Assembly (NCBI GenBank): GCA_946500695.1
Contig: CAMMWS010000001.1
Coordinates: 13,211 to 77,210, forward strand
Length of the DNA: 64,000 nucleotides
Reading direction: 5' to 3'
From: an uncultured Mycoplasmatota bacterium
Lineage (GTDB): Bacteria > Bacillota_I > Bacilli_A > RF39 > UBA660
In this document: positions 1 through 10,016 of the stretch, in pieces
Layout of the letters: every line of letters starts with the position of its first letter
Position numbering within the stretch: position 1 is the stretch's first letter
Notes under the pieces: model-generated
The model's database searches: none
What the model was told of the DNA's origin: nothing
Seen by the model: only the letters and a program-made list of their open reading frames with translations
Position numbers and translations under genes: made by a program

Positions 1-1
1 A

Positions 2-1336
2 ATAGGTACAACCCCTGCGATTGTAATGGTCGTTTTATATTCCTTACTACCAATTATTAAGAACACTTATACAGGTATTAGTAATATAGATAGTAATATG
101 ATAGAGTCTGCAACTGGTATTGGACTAACTAAATGGCAAATACTTTACAAAATTCAAATACCTCTAGCTTTACCAGTAATTATGGCAGGTATTAGAATAA
201 GTGCTGTTACGGCGGTAGGACTAATGACAATGGCTGCCTTTATCGGAGGTGGAGGTCTAGGTTATCTTGTCTTCTCAGGTATTAGAACTGTTAATAATTA
301 TCAAATACTAGCAGGAGCAATACCAGCTTGTCTACTTGCTCTAGCAGTTGATTATATCATTGGTATAGTTGAAAAACTAGTAACTCCTATAAGTCTTCAA
401 AAGGGTAGTGATTTAGATAAGAAACTATTAAAGAAAAAAAGATTCCATCAAAAGATTATCCTAGTAGTAACTGCTATCATCTTAATCATAATCTTTGGTT
501 ATACATATTTTTCATCAAATAAAAATGACAATGCTATTGTCGTAGGTAGTAAAGACTTTACAGAACAAAATGTTCTTTGTTATATGGTAAGTGACGCTAT
601 TAAAGATAAAACAGATTATGATGTAGTAGAAAACTGTAATCTAGGTGGTACTCAAGTATGCTTTGAAGCTTTAAAAAGAGGAGATATTGATTTATATATA
701 GACTATACAGGTACTGTCTATGGAGATACTCTAAACTATGAGCCTATTACTGATATAGAAAAAGTTTATAATACTGTTAAGAATGATTTAAATAGTAAAT
801 ATAATATTAAAGTATTAGATCAGATGGGCTTTAATAATACTTATACACTTGCTGTTAAACAAGAGACTGCTAATCTTTATAACCTAAAGACAATGAGTGA
901 TTTATCACGTGTTTCAAGTAATTTAGTAATCAGTCCAAGTCTTGAATTTATCAATAGAGAAGATGGATTAAATAGAGTAAGTAGTGTATATTCTTATAAT
1001 TTTAAAGATACTATTGGAATAGACGGTAGTCCAAGATACACAGCTTTAATGAATAATGAAAGCGATGTAGTAGATGCCTTTGCAACAGATGGACTATTAA
1101 AGAAGTTTAATCTTGTCGTCTTAGAAGATGATAAAAATGCTTTTCCACCATATTATGCAATACCTCTCGTTAGAAGTGATACTTTAGAAGAATACCCAGA
1201 AATAGAAGATGTATTAAGCAATCTTGGTAGTAAGTTAAATAATGACATTATGAGTGAATTAAATTATAGAGTAGATGAACTAGGAGAAAATCCAAGAGAT
1301 GTTGCAAGAGAATATCTTGATAGTATAGATTTTTAA
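2..1336 (+). CDS. Osmoprotectant (glycine betaine/choline) ABC transporter, permease fused to substrate-binding domain (OpuCB/OpuCC-like); 5' end outside window
   Basis: The reading frame is open back to position 2 with no stop. The N-terminal part is a permease TM segment, and residues from about 150 form a periplasmic-type betaine-binding domain (GGTQVCFEALKRGDIDLYIDYTG). Confidence 0.7.
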   Translation: MGTTPAIVMVVLYSLLPIIKNTYTGISNIDSNMIESATGIGLTKWQILYKIQIPLALPVIMAGIRISAVTAVGLMTMAAFIGGGGLGYLVFSGIRTVNNYQILAGAIPACLLALAVDYIIGIVEKLVTPISLQKGSDLDKKLLKKKRFHQKIILVVTAIILIIIFGYTYFSSNKNDNAIVVGSKDFTEQNVLCYMVSDAIKDKTDYDVVENCNLGGTQVCFEALKRGDIDLYIDYTGTVYGDTLNYEPITDIEKVYNTVKNDLNSKYNIKVLDQMGFNNTYTLAVKQETANLYNLKTMSDLSRVSSNLVISPSLEFINREDGLNRVSSVYSYNFKDTIGIDGSPRYTALMNNESDVVDAFATDGLLKKFNLVVLEDDKNAFPPYYAIPLVRSDTLEEYPEIEDVLSNLGSKLNNDIMSELNYRVDELGENPRDVAREYLDSIDF

Positions 1337-1399
1337 ACTTTGAAAAATTATATATTTTTTGATATAATATAGCCAATTTCATTGAAGGGGGATTTAAAA

Positions 1400-1984
1400 A
1401 TGAATAATAATGATTCAAAATTATTCTATGACTTTATTAGGTCGAATGGATTTAATCCTGAAAACTATTATCAAACTTTAGAGTTAGTTCAATCTGTACC
1501 TAATTCTATGTCACAATATTTAAGAGAATATAAGCAATTTCTATTATCTAGAAAAGTTACTTATAGTGAGTTAGAAGAATATGATATAAAAGGTGCTTTA
1601 GGTTATCTTGAAGCTGATGCGACAATAACAGTTCCTAAAACATTAGAAGCAGATGATTATTTTAGATATCATAGGCCAAAGCTACCATATACACCTCATG
1701 GTTATATGTATCCAGATATTTCTGAATTTGATACAGGTGTTGTATTTATGGATGAATTTAGTCGTAATGAAGTATCACAAATTATAAGACTATCATGTGC
1801 AAAGAACTTTCCTAACATGTTTATCGGTTTTGTAGCTGATAAAGCTGATAAAGATGATAAAAATGATAAAACATTAAGTATTAAAGAAGATATTCTTCAA
1901 ATGTTAAGCGATGGATTTTCTTATCATATGGTTCATGATACTGATAGTGAAAAAGGTAAAGAATTTTATCTAATGAAAAGATAA
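1400..1984 (+). CDS. Hypothetical protein
   Basis: ORF-track ORF 1382..1984. The internal ATG at 1400 is preceded by the RBS GAAGGGGG. No motif recognised. Confidence 0.4.
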   Translation: MNNNDSKLFYDFIRSNGFNPENYYQTLELVQSVPNSMSQYLREYKQFLLSRKVTYSELEEYDIKGALGYLEADATITVPKTLEADDYFRYHRPKLPYTPHGYMYPDISEFDTGVVFMDEFSRNEVSQIIRLSCAKNFPNMFIGFVADKADKDDKNDKTLSIKEDILQMLSDGFSYHMVHDTDSEKGKEFYLMKR

Positions 1985-2004
1985 AATTAAGGTATAAAAG
2001 CCAG

Positions 2005-2033
2005 TTGAAAATAAGATATATTTATGATATGAT
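2005..2033 (+). promoter_or_regulatory. Sigma-A-like promoter (TTGAAA-17-TATGAT) driving a ~120 nt non-coding transcript that ends at the 2122-2158 terminator
   Basis: Consensus-like -35 and -10 hexamers with a 17-nt spacer. No ORF longer than 8 codons lies downstream before the intrinsic terminator. Confidence 0.35.
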
Positions 2034-2121
2034 GAATACGTAAAGAAAATTTACATATAACTAAAAAAAGAGAGGAATACCTAGTTTTGCATCATGGGTA
2101 TTTACCTCAATAAACTGAGTT

Positions 2122-2158
2122 CACCCTTATACAGTGATGTAAAGGGTGTTTATTTATA
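2122..2158. terminator. Intrinsic terminator hairpin (CACCCTT..AAGGGTG) with a T-run, shared by convergent transcripts
   Basis: A 7-bp GC-rich stem at 2122-2128 pairs with 2142-2148 and is followed by TTTATTTAT. The stop codon of the minus-strand small ORF abuts it. Confidence 0.5.
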
Positions 2159-2218
2159 TAATATTAAAAGTACTATTATTAGTAATAATATCGCTATTAA
2201 TAAATCTTTCTTGCTCAT
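2150..2218 (-). CDS. 22-aa hydrophobic peptide MSKKDLLIAILLLIIVLLILYK (type I toxin-like small membrane peptide candidate)
   Basis: The ORF is below the ORF-track size cutoff. It has a strong RBS (GAAAGGAG, 8-nt spacer) and an upstream minus-strand promoter TTGTCT-17-TATTAT at 2300-2328. The 5' UTR can fold into a hairpin that sequesters the SD sequence. Confidence 0.25.
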   Translation of the reverse strand: MSKKDLLIAILLLIIVLLILYK

Positions 2219-2392
2219 AAATAAGACTCCTTTCTAACCACCTAAAACAGTTGGTAGAAAGAAGCAAAGGCACTGCTTTTACTAAGCATTCCTAAAAGCA
2301 TAATAGCATATCTGATATAATAAGACAATCGAACAAGATACATTTTTTAATAGAAATTTTGTTTGTAATTATAAAGAAGGGAAAGGTTAACA

Positions 2393-2611
2393 ATGAAAAT
2401 AAAATATAATGTTTTAAATATGCATTGCACAGGTTGCGAAAATAGAATCAAAAACTCTCTTAAAATGTTAAAAGGAGTTAAAGAGGTAGAAGCAAATTAT
2501 AAAACAGGAGAAGTTATTGTAACTTTAAAAAATGATAAACTAAAAGATGATATAAAAAAATTACTTAATGATTTAGAATTTGAAGTAGTTAGTTATGGTA
2601 TAGAAAAATGA
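2393..2611 (+). CDS. copZ: Copper chaperone CopZ (heavy-metal-associated domain)
   Basis: 72 aa with an MHCTGCENRIK (MxCxxC) metal-binding motif. It is translationally coupled to the downstream ATPase. Confidence 0.85.
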   Translation: MKIKYNVLNMHCTGCENRIKNSLKMLKGVKEVEANYKTGEVIVTLKNDKLKDDIKKLLNDLEFEVVSYGIEK

Positions 2612-4776
2612 AAAAAGTTATTTTAAATATTGAAGGCATGACATGTACCGCTTGTTCTCTTGGCTTAGAAAAATTCCTTAATAAACAAAAAGGAATAATA
2701 GAAGCAAGCGTTAATTTAGTCTTAGCTACAGCTACTATAAAATATAATGATAATCTAAGTCTTAATGATATAGAAAAATATATTGCAAAAGCAGGTTTTA
2801 AAAGTTTAGGAAAAAATAGTAAAGGAAAATCTATAAAAGAGAAACAAATATTATTTCTTTTTACATTTCTTGAAATAATACTCATGTATGTATCAATGGG
2901 AAGCATGCTTGGTTTACCAATTTTTGACTTTTTAAATATAGAAAAGTCTCCTGTTATATATACCATCTTTGTATTTTCCTTAACACTTTTATTCGTTATA
3001 TATGGTTTTGATATTATTAAAAATGGAATTATAAATTTAATTCATAAAATGCCTAACATGGATACCCTAGTAGGGATAGGAGTAATTGTCAATTTTTTAT
3101 ATAGTTTATATTTTGCAGTATTAATATTAAATGGCCAAACACACTATGTTCATAATCTTTATTTTGAAAGTTCCGCTACTATTATTTTCTTCGTTAAATT
3201 AGGCCGCTTTATTGAAAGTAGAAATAAAGGAAGAGCTGTTGATAGTATTAAAAATTTAGTAGAAATTACTCCCAAAAAAGGTATTATAAAAAAAGATGGT
3301 AAAGAATTTTTAGTAACAATTGATGAAATAAAAGAAGGAGATATAGTTATTTCTAAAGCTGGAGATAAAATTAGTGTAGATGGCATTATTATTAAAGGAG
3401 AAACTTATGTAGATGAAACATTTTTAACAGGAGAGAGTAAACCTGTTAAAAAAGAAGTTAACTCTAAAGTTTTGGCTGGTAGTTATAATTATGATGGCTA
3501 TATAGAATACATTGCCACCTCAGTTGGGAAAAACTCTAGTATCTCTAAAATAGTAGACCTAGTAGTAGAAGCTACTAACTCTAAACCACATATTGCAAAA
3601 TTTGCTGATAAAGTAAGTTCCTATTTTGTTCCTAGTATTTTTATTATTGCAATAGTTACTTTCGTTATTCATCTTCTATTAGGAAATTCTATAAGCTTAG
3701 CAATCAATTCATTAGTATCAGTTCTAGTAGTTGCTTGTCCTTGTGCTTTGGGATTAGCTACACCATTAGCCTTAGTTTTAGCAATATCTTATTGCAGTAA
3801 AAATGGTATATTAGTAAAAAATGGTAATAGTCTTGAAATAATGAATAATATTAACATGATTGTTTTTGACAAGACAGGAACTTTAACAGAAGCAAAAATA
3901 AAATTAGTTGATGGTATTTATAAAAAAGAGGATTTAACAATTTTACAAAATCTAGAAATGAATTCCAACCATCCTCTTGCAAAAGGAATAGTAGAATTTA
4001 GCAAATTTAAAAAAATAAATATTAATGATTTTAAGGAAGAAGCAGGATTTGGGATAAGTGGTATTATAGATAATACAAGATACTATGCTGGAGGACTTAA
4101 TTTCCTTTTAAAGAAAAAATTATCCAATCCTTTTGCAGATAATGATAAATATTTAGAAAACATAGATAATAGTATTATTTTCCTATTCACTGATAAAGAA
4201 GTTATAGCTGTTTTTTTCTTGAGTGATGAAATAAAAGAAGATTCTTTTAAAATAGTAAAATCATTAAAAGACCTAAATAAATCTGTTGTAATGTTAACAG
4301 GAGATAATAAAAATATAGCATCTAAAATTGCTAAAAAACTAGGCATTACAAATGTAATAAGTGATGCTTTACCTAAAGAAAAAATGAATTTTATTGAAAA
4401 AAATAATATTAATAATAATGTTATGATGGTAGGGGATGGAATTAACGATAGTCCTGCCTTAAAAAAAGCCACTGTTTCTATTAGTGTATTTAAGGGGACA
4501 GATATCAGTGCAGACTCTAGTGATATTGTTCTACTAAGAGATGATTTAACCTTGATTACAACTCTATTTAACATTAGTAAAAGAACTTTTAGAATAATCA
4601 AAGAAAACTTGTTTTGGGCATTGTTTTATAATATTTGTATGATTCCTCTTGCTACAGGTTTTCTTCCTATAAAATTAAATCCTATGCTTGCAAGCCTAGC
4701 TATGACATTAAGCAGTATTACAGTAGTATTAAATAGTCTTAGACTTTTAAAGACACCTAATAATGATTATAAATAG
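2608..4776 (+). CDS. copA: Copper-translocating P1B-type ATPase CopA
   Basis: N-terminal HMA motif MTCTACS, CPC transmembrane motif (ACPCALG), DKTGTLT phosphorylation site and GDGINDSPAL hinge. Confidence 0.9.
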   Translation: MKKVILNIEGMTCTACSLGLEKFLNKQKGIIEASVNLVLATATIKYNDNLSLNDIEKYIAKAGFKSLGKNSKGKSIKEKQILFLFTFLEIILMYVSMGSMLGLPIFDFLNIEKSPVIYTIFVFSLTLLFVIYGFDIIKNGIINLIHKMPNMDTLVGIGVIVNFLYSLYFAVLILNGQTHYVHNLYFESSATIIFFVKLGRFIESRNKGRAVDSIKNLVEITPKKGIIKKDGKEFLVTIDEIKEGDIVISKAGDKISVDGIIIKGETYVDETFLTGESKPVKKEVNSKVLAGSYNYDGYIEYIATSVGKNSSISKIVDLVVEATNSKPHIAKFADKVSSYFVPSIFIIAIVTFVIHLLLGNSISLAINSLVSVLVVACPCALGLATPLALVLAISYCSKNGILVKNGNSLEIMNNINMIVFDKTGTLTEAKIKLVDGIYKKEDLTILQNLEMNSNHPLAKGIVEFSKFKKININDFKEEAGFGISGIIDNTRYYAGGLNFLLKKKLSNPFADNDKYLENIDNSIIFLFTDKEVIAVFFLSDEIKEDSFKIVKSLKDLNKSVVMLTGDNKNIASKIAKKLGITNVISDALPKEKMNFIEKNNINNNVMMVGDGINDSPALKKATVSISVFKGTDISADSSDIVLLRDDLTLITTLFNISKRTFRIIKENLFWALFYNICMIPLATGFLPIKLNPMLASLAMTLSSITVVLNSLRLLKTPNNDYK

Positions 4777-5264
4777 TTTTTGATTTTTGAATATTCACTA
4801 ATCAGTATACCTTCTATACCTTTTTTACAATTAGCTGGAGATGGAGAAGGTAATTTTATAGCATTTATTCCTACCTCTTTAGCTAAATACTTATTATATA
4901 AATCATAAGCTTTAGTACCAGTAGTAAAAATAGTTTTGACGTCACTATCAATAACTATTTTTTTTATGTCATTAGGAATTACATTTTTAATACTACTATC
5001 GCTTGATGAAGATATATCACAACTATATACGACATCAAAAAGAGCAATTTTATGATTTAATAAAAACATTTCTTTATCTTTATTAGTTTCACCTATTTTT
5101 TCTTGAAATACTTTTTCAAGAGTAATCCAAAATTTATTTCTAGGATGAGCATAATAAAAAATGCTTTCCCTAGATTTAATAGATGGAAAACTACCTAATA
5201 TTAAAACTCTAGACTCACTATTATAAATTGGTTTTAATGGATGAATTACTTTCAAAAATATCAC
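4767..5264 (-). CDS. DNA-deoxyinosine (hypoxanthine) glycosylase, UDG superfamily
   Basis: Motifs LILGSFPS and YYAHPRNKFW are typical of hypoxanthine-DNA glycosylase-type UDG enzymes. Confidence 0.55.
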   Translation of the reverse strand: MIFLKVIHPLKPIYNSESRVLILGSFPSIKSRESIFYYAHPRNKFWITLEKVFQEKIGETNKDKEMFLLNHKIALFDVVYSCDISSSSDSSIKNVIPNDIKKIVIDSDVKTIFTTGTKAYDLYNKYLAKEVGINAIKLPSPSPANCKKGIEGILISEYSKIKNYL

Positions 5265-5314
5265 CTCATGTGTTAGTATAATTATAGGAAGTATTTTTGT
5301 AAAGAAGGTGTTTT

Positions 5315-5677
5315 ATGCAAGATATAAATTATTTATTATATAGATTATCAAAGTCAAAGTTTAGAAGTAGTTTTCATCTTAAAGAAAAAGATATAGAATA
5401 TATTGATAAAAAAGGTTTAGACAAGATTAAAGAGCATGCTTATGACTTTATAAATAAAAGGTTAAAGCCTAGTGTTATTCCTAATGATGGTAAACAAACA
5501 CCTACGAGAGGACATCCGGTTTTTATAGCAGAACATGCAACTGCTACATGTTGTAGAGGCTGTCTAAATAAATGGTATGGTATTCCTAAAAATAGAGAAT
5601 TAACTGATGTAGAAGTAGATTATATTGTAAAAGTAATAATGATGTGGATAACTAATGAGTATAAAAAATATAAATAA
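5315..5677 (+). CDS. DUF4186 family protein
   Basis: Carries the motif GHPVFIAEHATATCCRGCLNKWYGIP that is conserved in DUF4186 proteins. Confidence 0.6.
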   Translation: MQDINYLLYRLSKSKFRSSFHLKEKDIEYIDKKGLDKIKEHAYDFINKRLKPSVIPNDGKQTPTRGHPVFIAEHATATCCRGCLNKWYGIPKNRELTDVEVDYIVKVIMMWITNEYKKYK

Positions 5678-5715
5678 AAAACTAAGCCAAAAGACCTAGT
5701 TGAATCTCTATATAG

Positions 5716-5791
5716 TGGTGGGCTGTTAGGGATTCGAACCCTAGACCCACTGATTAAGAGTCAGTTGCTCTACCAACTGAGCTAACAGCCC
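5716..5791 (-). tRNA. tRNA-Lys(CTT)
   Basis: Reverse complement GGGCTGTTAGCTCAGTTGGTAGAGCAACTGACTCTTAATCAGTGGGTCTAGGGTTCGAATCCCTAACAGCCCACCA folds as a cloverleaf with anticodon loop CTCTTAA and an encoded CCA. Confidence 0.85.
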
Positions 5792-5878
5792 ATAAATTAA
5801 TTACTCATTTAATATAGCATATAAACTCTAAAAAATAAAGTGTTTTTTGTTACAAAATGTCAAAAAAACGTTATAATA

Positions 5879-6610
5879 CTATAATTTTATTTCAAAATTT
5901 TCTGTTGGTATTATTAAATTCTTAATAGGATTATTTAAAGCAACTTCTCTAGTACTATTATGCATATGAGTAGCAACTATCTTTTTATTAGGATACTTTT
6001 TACATATTTCTTTTATATCTAAAAATCCCATATGAGACTTATTTCCTTCTCCCTTTAAACTCATATCTAAAATAGAAACATCAGATGCCTCAATAATTTT
6101 ATCAATAGCTTTACAATAAATTGAGTCTCCAGAAAAGCCAACACTCTTACCATTAATGTTAATAATATAACCAAAACAAGGTTTCATAGTACCATGCTTA
6201 ACATTTATAGACTGAATATGGATATTATCATCTAATACTATGTTATTTCTGCCTTTATGTTCAATAAAATCTATATTAATACTATTCATAACTTTTCTAA
6301 AATCATAAGGAAAGCCTAAACGAAACAATCTTTGTATTTTTTTAGTAGTGCCATATGGACAAATAACCTTTACTTTCGTTTTATCGTGATTAAAATATTT
6401 GCCTAACATTAGAAAAGGTAAATCAAAGAAATGGTCACCATGTAAATGAGTAATTATAATAGTATCTATTTTTAAAATATCATATCCTAAATGCTTTAAA
6501 TATTTAATAATCCCATTAGGAACATCTACTAAAATATGATTATCAATAATAAGAGAAGCGCTCATAAATGATGAGCCAATAGAACCACTTCCCACAATAT
6601 TTACTTTCAT
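5879..6610 (-). CDS. MBL-fold metallo-hydrolase
   Basis: Carries the HLHGDH metal-binding motif. About 243 aa. Confidence 0.7.
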   Translation of the reverse strand: MKVNIVGSGSIGSSFMSASLIIDNHILVDVPNGIIKYLKHLGYDILKIDTIIITHLHGDHFFDLPFLMLGKYFNHDKTKVKVICPYGTTKKIQRLFRLGFPYDFRKVMNSINIDFIEHKGRNNIVLDDNIHIQSINVKHGTMKPCFGYIININGKSVGFSGDSIYCKAIDKIIEASDVSILDMSLKGEGNKSHMGFLDIKEICKKYPNKKIVATHMHNSTREVALNNPIKNLIIPTENFEIKL

Positions 6611-6692
6611 ATCATCACCGTCTTAAGTATAACAAAAAACTAGATTAAAATCTAATCTAATTTTTATTGAATATGTTATCTTATAGATTTTT

Positions 6693-7532
6693 TTAAAAAG
6701 GAACAACTTCTTTATTAACTCTTTTATTGATAAAATGCTGTACAATAAGTAAAACAATACCAAGAATAATACCAATAAATGTAATCATATAGAATGTGTC
6801 AGTAACAGGTTTTAAGATAATAGTAGCATTAGCAATACTAGTCATCCTATCACTTATTAAAGCCATTAATCCATTAAATAATAGAGTAGATATAGCAACT
6901 GTTATAGAAACAATTCCAATATATTCTAAGAAATTCTTCTTCTTAAAACTACTTATAAACAGTAATACAGTAATAGCACCAATTATTATATAAAGAGTAG
7001 TATGTAAATTTTCATCTCTACAAACCTTTATAATATCAACTAAAAATTGTCCGCCACTAGACTCAGCATCATCACTAGTACCATTAATAACAACATTTAA
7101 ATTGTCATTAATAGCCTCATTAGCATAAGTTTCAAGTTCATTTATCTCATTATCATCTAAATTAAGTTCATACTCCTCATTTGCTTTATTAATAAACTCT
7201 CTAGTATCATCATTAATTTCAATATTACTATTATTTAAATAAGCATCGATTCCTTGCTGTAATACTTCATTAACATAGTCTTTCGCTTCATCTGTCTGTA
7301 ATATAGAATCAACTTGTTCCTCACTAACTCCATAACTATCTGCATAATTATAAATCTCAGTTCCATAATCAGTATTTTTAAAATCATTGACTACAGTCTC
7401 ATAATCAATATTATTAAGTATTTCTCTTGTAGAATTTGGACTAGTTAAATTACCTACAGTAAAAATCACAATAGTAACGATAATAGCAATAAATAAAGTA
7501 ATGGTAAGTAAATAATTAATAAAAGTTCTCAT
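6693..7532 (-). CDS. Membrane protein with an acidic central region, unknown function
   Basis: N- and C-terminal TM segments flank a D/E/N-rich soluble region. Confidence 0.4.
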   Translation of the reverse strand: MRTFINYLLTITLFIAIIVTIVIFTVGNLTSPNSTREILNNIDYETVVNDFKNTDYGTEIYNYADSYGVSEEQVDSILQTDEAKDYVNEVLQQGIDAYLNNSNIEINDDTREFINKANEEYELNLDDNEINELETYANEAINDNLNVVINGTSDDAESSGGQFLVDIIKVCRDENLHTTLYIIIGAITVLLFISSFKKKNFLEYIGIVSITVAISTLLFNGLMALISDRMTSIANATIILKPVTDTFYMITFIGIILGIVLLIVQHFINKRVNKEVVPF

Positions 7533-7626
7533 AAGTTCCTCCTTCTTTGCCTCTATTATAGCATAGTTTTAGAGTTTATAAATCTTTAAATTTATGCTAT
7601 TATTGAATAGAAATGAAGGTGTACTT

Positions 7627-9960
7627 ATGATAGATAAAGTAAAAAGATATAATCCTAATATAAAATGTGGATTAACTCAAAAGCAAGTAGAAGAGAGAAT
7701 TTCTAATAATTTAGTTAATTTTAATACGGATGTTAAAACTAAAAGTGTTAAAGAAATAGTAGTAGAAAATGCTTTTACCTTATTTAATATCATCAATATT
7801 GTTCTAGCTATAGCTATAATATCAGTAGGTTCTTTTAAAAACTTAACTTTTATAATTATAATAGTCCTAAATACTTTAATTAGTACTATTCAAGAATTAA
7901 GATCAAAGTACACTATTGATAAACTATCAGTAATATCAGAACATAAGATTAAAGTAATAAGAGACTCTAAAATAGAAGAAGTATCCTTAGATGAAGTAGT
8001 TCTTGATGATATCGTTAAATTCACTAGTGGTAATCAAATAGTAGTAGACTCTATCATTGAAGAAGGAGAAGTCCTAGTAGATGAATCGTTTATTACAGGA
8101 GAAGAAGAGAATGTTTTAAAAAAAGAAGGAGATATGCTTTTATCAGGTAGTTTTATTGTAAGTGGTACTTGTACTTGTAAAGTAGAGCATATTGGTTATG
8201 ATAACTATACTGCAAAAATAAGTAGTGATACTAAATATATCAAAGAAGTGTCTAGTGAAATTATGAGAAGTTTAAATAAAATAGTTAAAACTATATCTTT
8301 TGTTATTGTTCCTTTAGGAATACTTTTATTTGCAAGACAGATATTTCTTCCTGATAATACCTTTGAAAATGCTGTTGTTAATACTGTCGCTGCCCTTATC
8401 GGTATGATACCAGAAGGTTTAGTATTATTAACAAGTACAGTCTTTGCCGTTAGTGTTATAAGACTATCTAAGAAGAAAGTTCTTGTTCAAGATTTATATT
8501 GTATTGAAACACTTGCAAGAGTAAATGTAATTTGCCTTGATAAGACAGGAACTATTACAGAAGGTGTTATGGAAGTAAAAGATGTTATAGATAAAGAAAT
8601 GTCTAAAGTAGAGTTAAAAGATTTACTTGGAACTGTTGTTCATATTATTAATGATGATAATCCCACTGCCAAAGCCTTAAAGAATGCCTTCTATAATAAA
8701 AATGTTGTTGATTATGAGAAAATAGTACCATTTAATTCTACTACTAAATGCTCTGGTCTTGTGTTAAAGAATGGAAAAGTAATATTTATAGGTGCTCCCG
8801 AATTCCTTTTAAAAGATTATAAGAAGTATAAGGAAGAAGTATATAGTCTTACAACAGAATCAAGAGTAGTGGCAGTTGTAGAGTATAGTAATTATAATAA
8901 GAAAAATGAAAAGCAGAAGTTATTAGGTTATGTTCTACTTCAAGATAAGATTAGAAAAGAAGCCGAGTCTACTATTAAATACTTTAAAGACCAAGGCGTT
9001 AAAGTTAAGATTATCTCAGGTGATAATAAAAATACTGTTTTAAATATTGCTAGACGTGCTAAAGTAGGGGATAACTTAAAAGCAATAGATTTATCTACTT
9101 TAAACAGTGAAGAAGAGATTAGAGACTCAGCTTTAAAATATGATGTTTTTGGTAGAGTTAAACCAGAAGAAAAACATATCTTAATTAAAGCTCTAAAAGA
9201 TGCGGGTAATACAGTTGCCATGACAGGTGATGGAGTTAATGATTGTCTTGCTTTAAAAGAAGCAGACTGTTCTATCGCTATGGCTAGTGGTACAGATGCT
9301 GCAAGAAGTGTTTCTCAACTAGTCTTATTAGATTCTAACTTTGATTCTATGCCTAGTGTTGTTTTAGAAGGAAGAAGAAGTATTAATAATTTACAACGTT
9401 CAGCATCTTTATTCTTAGTTAAAACAATTTATGCCGGACTTCTTGCCTTTATCTTCCTATTCTTAGAAGAATCATACCCCTTTATTCCTGTTCAGCTTAC
9501 CTTATCAAGTGTTGTAACGATTGGAATACCTTCCTTTATACTAGCTTTAGAGCCTAATAAAGATAGGGTAGAAGGTAACTTCCTAGTAAATGTCTTAAAA
9601 AAAGCCGCCCCACCTGCCTTTGTAATTGTTATAAATATTGTAATCATAACTTTGTTTGGTAATGCTATAGGCTTAACTTATGCTAAAGTGTCAACTTTAT
9701 CTTTAACAATTACAGCCTATGTATCATTTATTCTTTTATATAAAGTATGTCAGCCTTTCAATAGAATCCGTTTAATACTATTCGCTTTAATGTTCTATTT
9801 ATTCATCTACTGTATTATGAACTTAACAACCCTTTTCTCAATTACTCATTTTGATTATCTAATGATATTTATAACATTTATCTTAATGTTTGCATCTCAC
9901 GAACTATATAAACTATTTGAAATATTAGTAGAAAAGATAGTTAAAAAACTAAAAATATAA
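7627..9960 (+). CDS. Cation-transporting P-type ATPase (P2/P3-type, Ca2+/Mg2+-like) with extra C-terminal TM helices
   Basis: DKTGTITEG phosphorylation motif, GDGVNDCLAL hinge and TGES actuator motif. ATG at 7627 has the RBS GAAGGTG. ORF-track start is 7594. Confidence 0.8.
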   Translation: MIDKVKRYNPNIKCGLTQKQVEERISNNLVNFNTDVKTKSVKEIVVENAFTLFNIINIVLAIAIISVGSFKNLTFIIIIVLNTLISTIQELRSKYTIDKLSVISEHKIKVIRDSKIEEVSLDEVVLDDIVKFTSGNQIVVDSIIEEGEVLVDESFITGEEENVLKKEGDMLLSGSFIVSGTCTCKVEHIGYDNYTAKISSDTKYIKEVSSEIMRSLNKIVKTISFVIVPLGILLFARQIFLPDNTFENAVVNTVAALIGMIPEGLVLLTSTVFAVSVIRLSKKKVLVQDLYCIETLARVNVICLDKTGTITEGVMEVKDVIDKEMSKVELKDLLGTVVHIINDDNPTAKALKNAFYNKNVVDYEKIVPFNSTTKCSGLVLKNGKVIFIGAPEFLLKDYKKYKEEVYSLTTESRVVAVVEYSNYNKKNEKQKLLGYVLLQDKIRKEAESTIKYFKDQGVKVKIISGDNKNTVLNIARRAKVGDNLKAIDLSTLNSEEEIRDSALKYDVFGRVKPEEKHILIKALKDAGNTVAMTGDGVNDCLALKEADCSIAMASGTDAARSVSQLVLLDSNFDSMPSVVLEGRRSINNLQRSASLFLVKTIYAGLLAFIFLFLEESYPFIPVQLTLSSVVTIGIPSFILALEPNKDRVEGNFLVNVLKKAAPPAFVIVINIVIITLFGNAIGLTYAKVSTLSLTITAYVSFILLYKVCQPFNRIRLILFALMFYLFIYCIMNLTTLFSITHFDYLMIFITFILMFASHELYKLFEILVEKIVKKLKI

Positions 9961-10016
9961 TGCTTCGAAAACTTTTGGAGCATTTTTTATTTTTTTGTTA
10001 ATTATTATTATGGGAG

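Noticed and set aside
2131-2142. TACAGTGATGTA resembling a CopY cop-box (TACAnnTGTA) upstream of copZ
   Set aside because: The spacer is 4 nt rather than 2. The sequence is the loop of the terminator hairpin, 250 bp from copZ. No CopY gene is present.
2589-4601. Antisense ORFs inside copA (2589..2966, 3159..3386, 4083..4601) and similar ones inside other genes (8940..9221, 10980..11174, 11508..11714, 15065..15313, 22161..22367, 26080..26265, 27915..28334, 29591..30186, 43573..43872, 48979..49260, 53590..53814, 61157..61444, 62143..62436)
   Set aside because: Each is fully contained in a well-supported gene on the opposite strand. Translations are low-complexity and expected from AT-rich codon composition.
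6796-6993. ORF 6796..6993 (+)
   Set aside because: Antisense, within the membrane protein gene 6693..7532.
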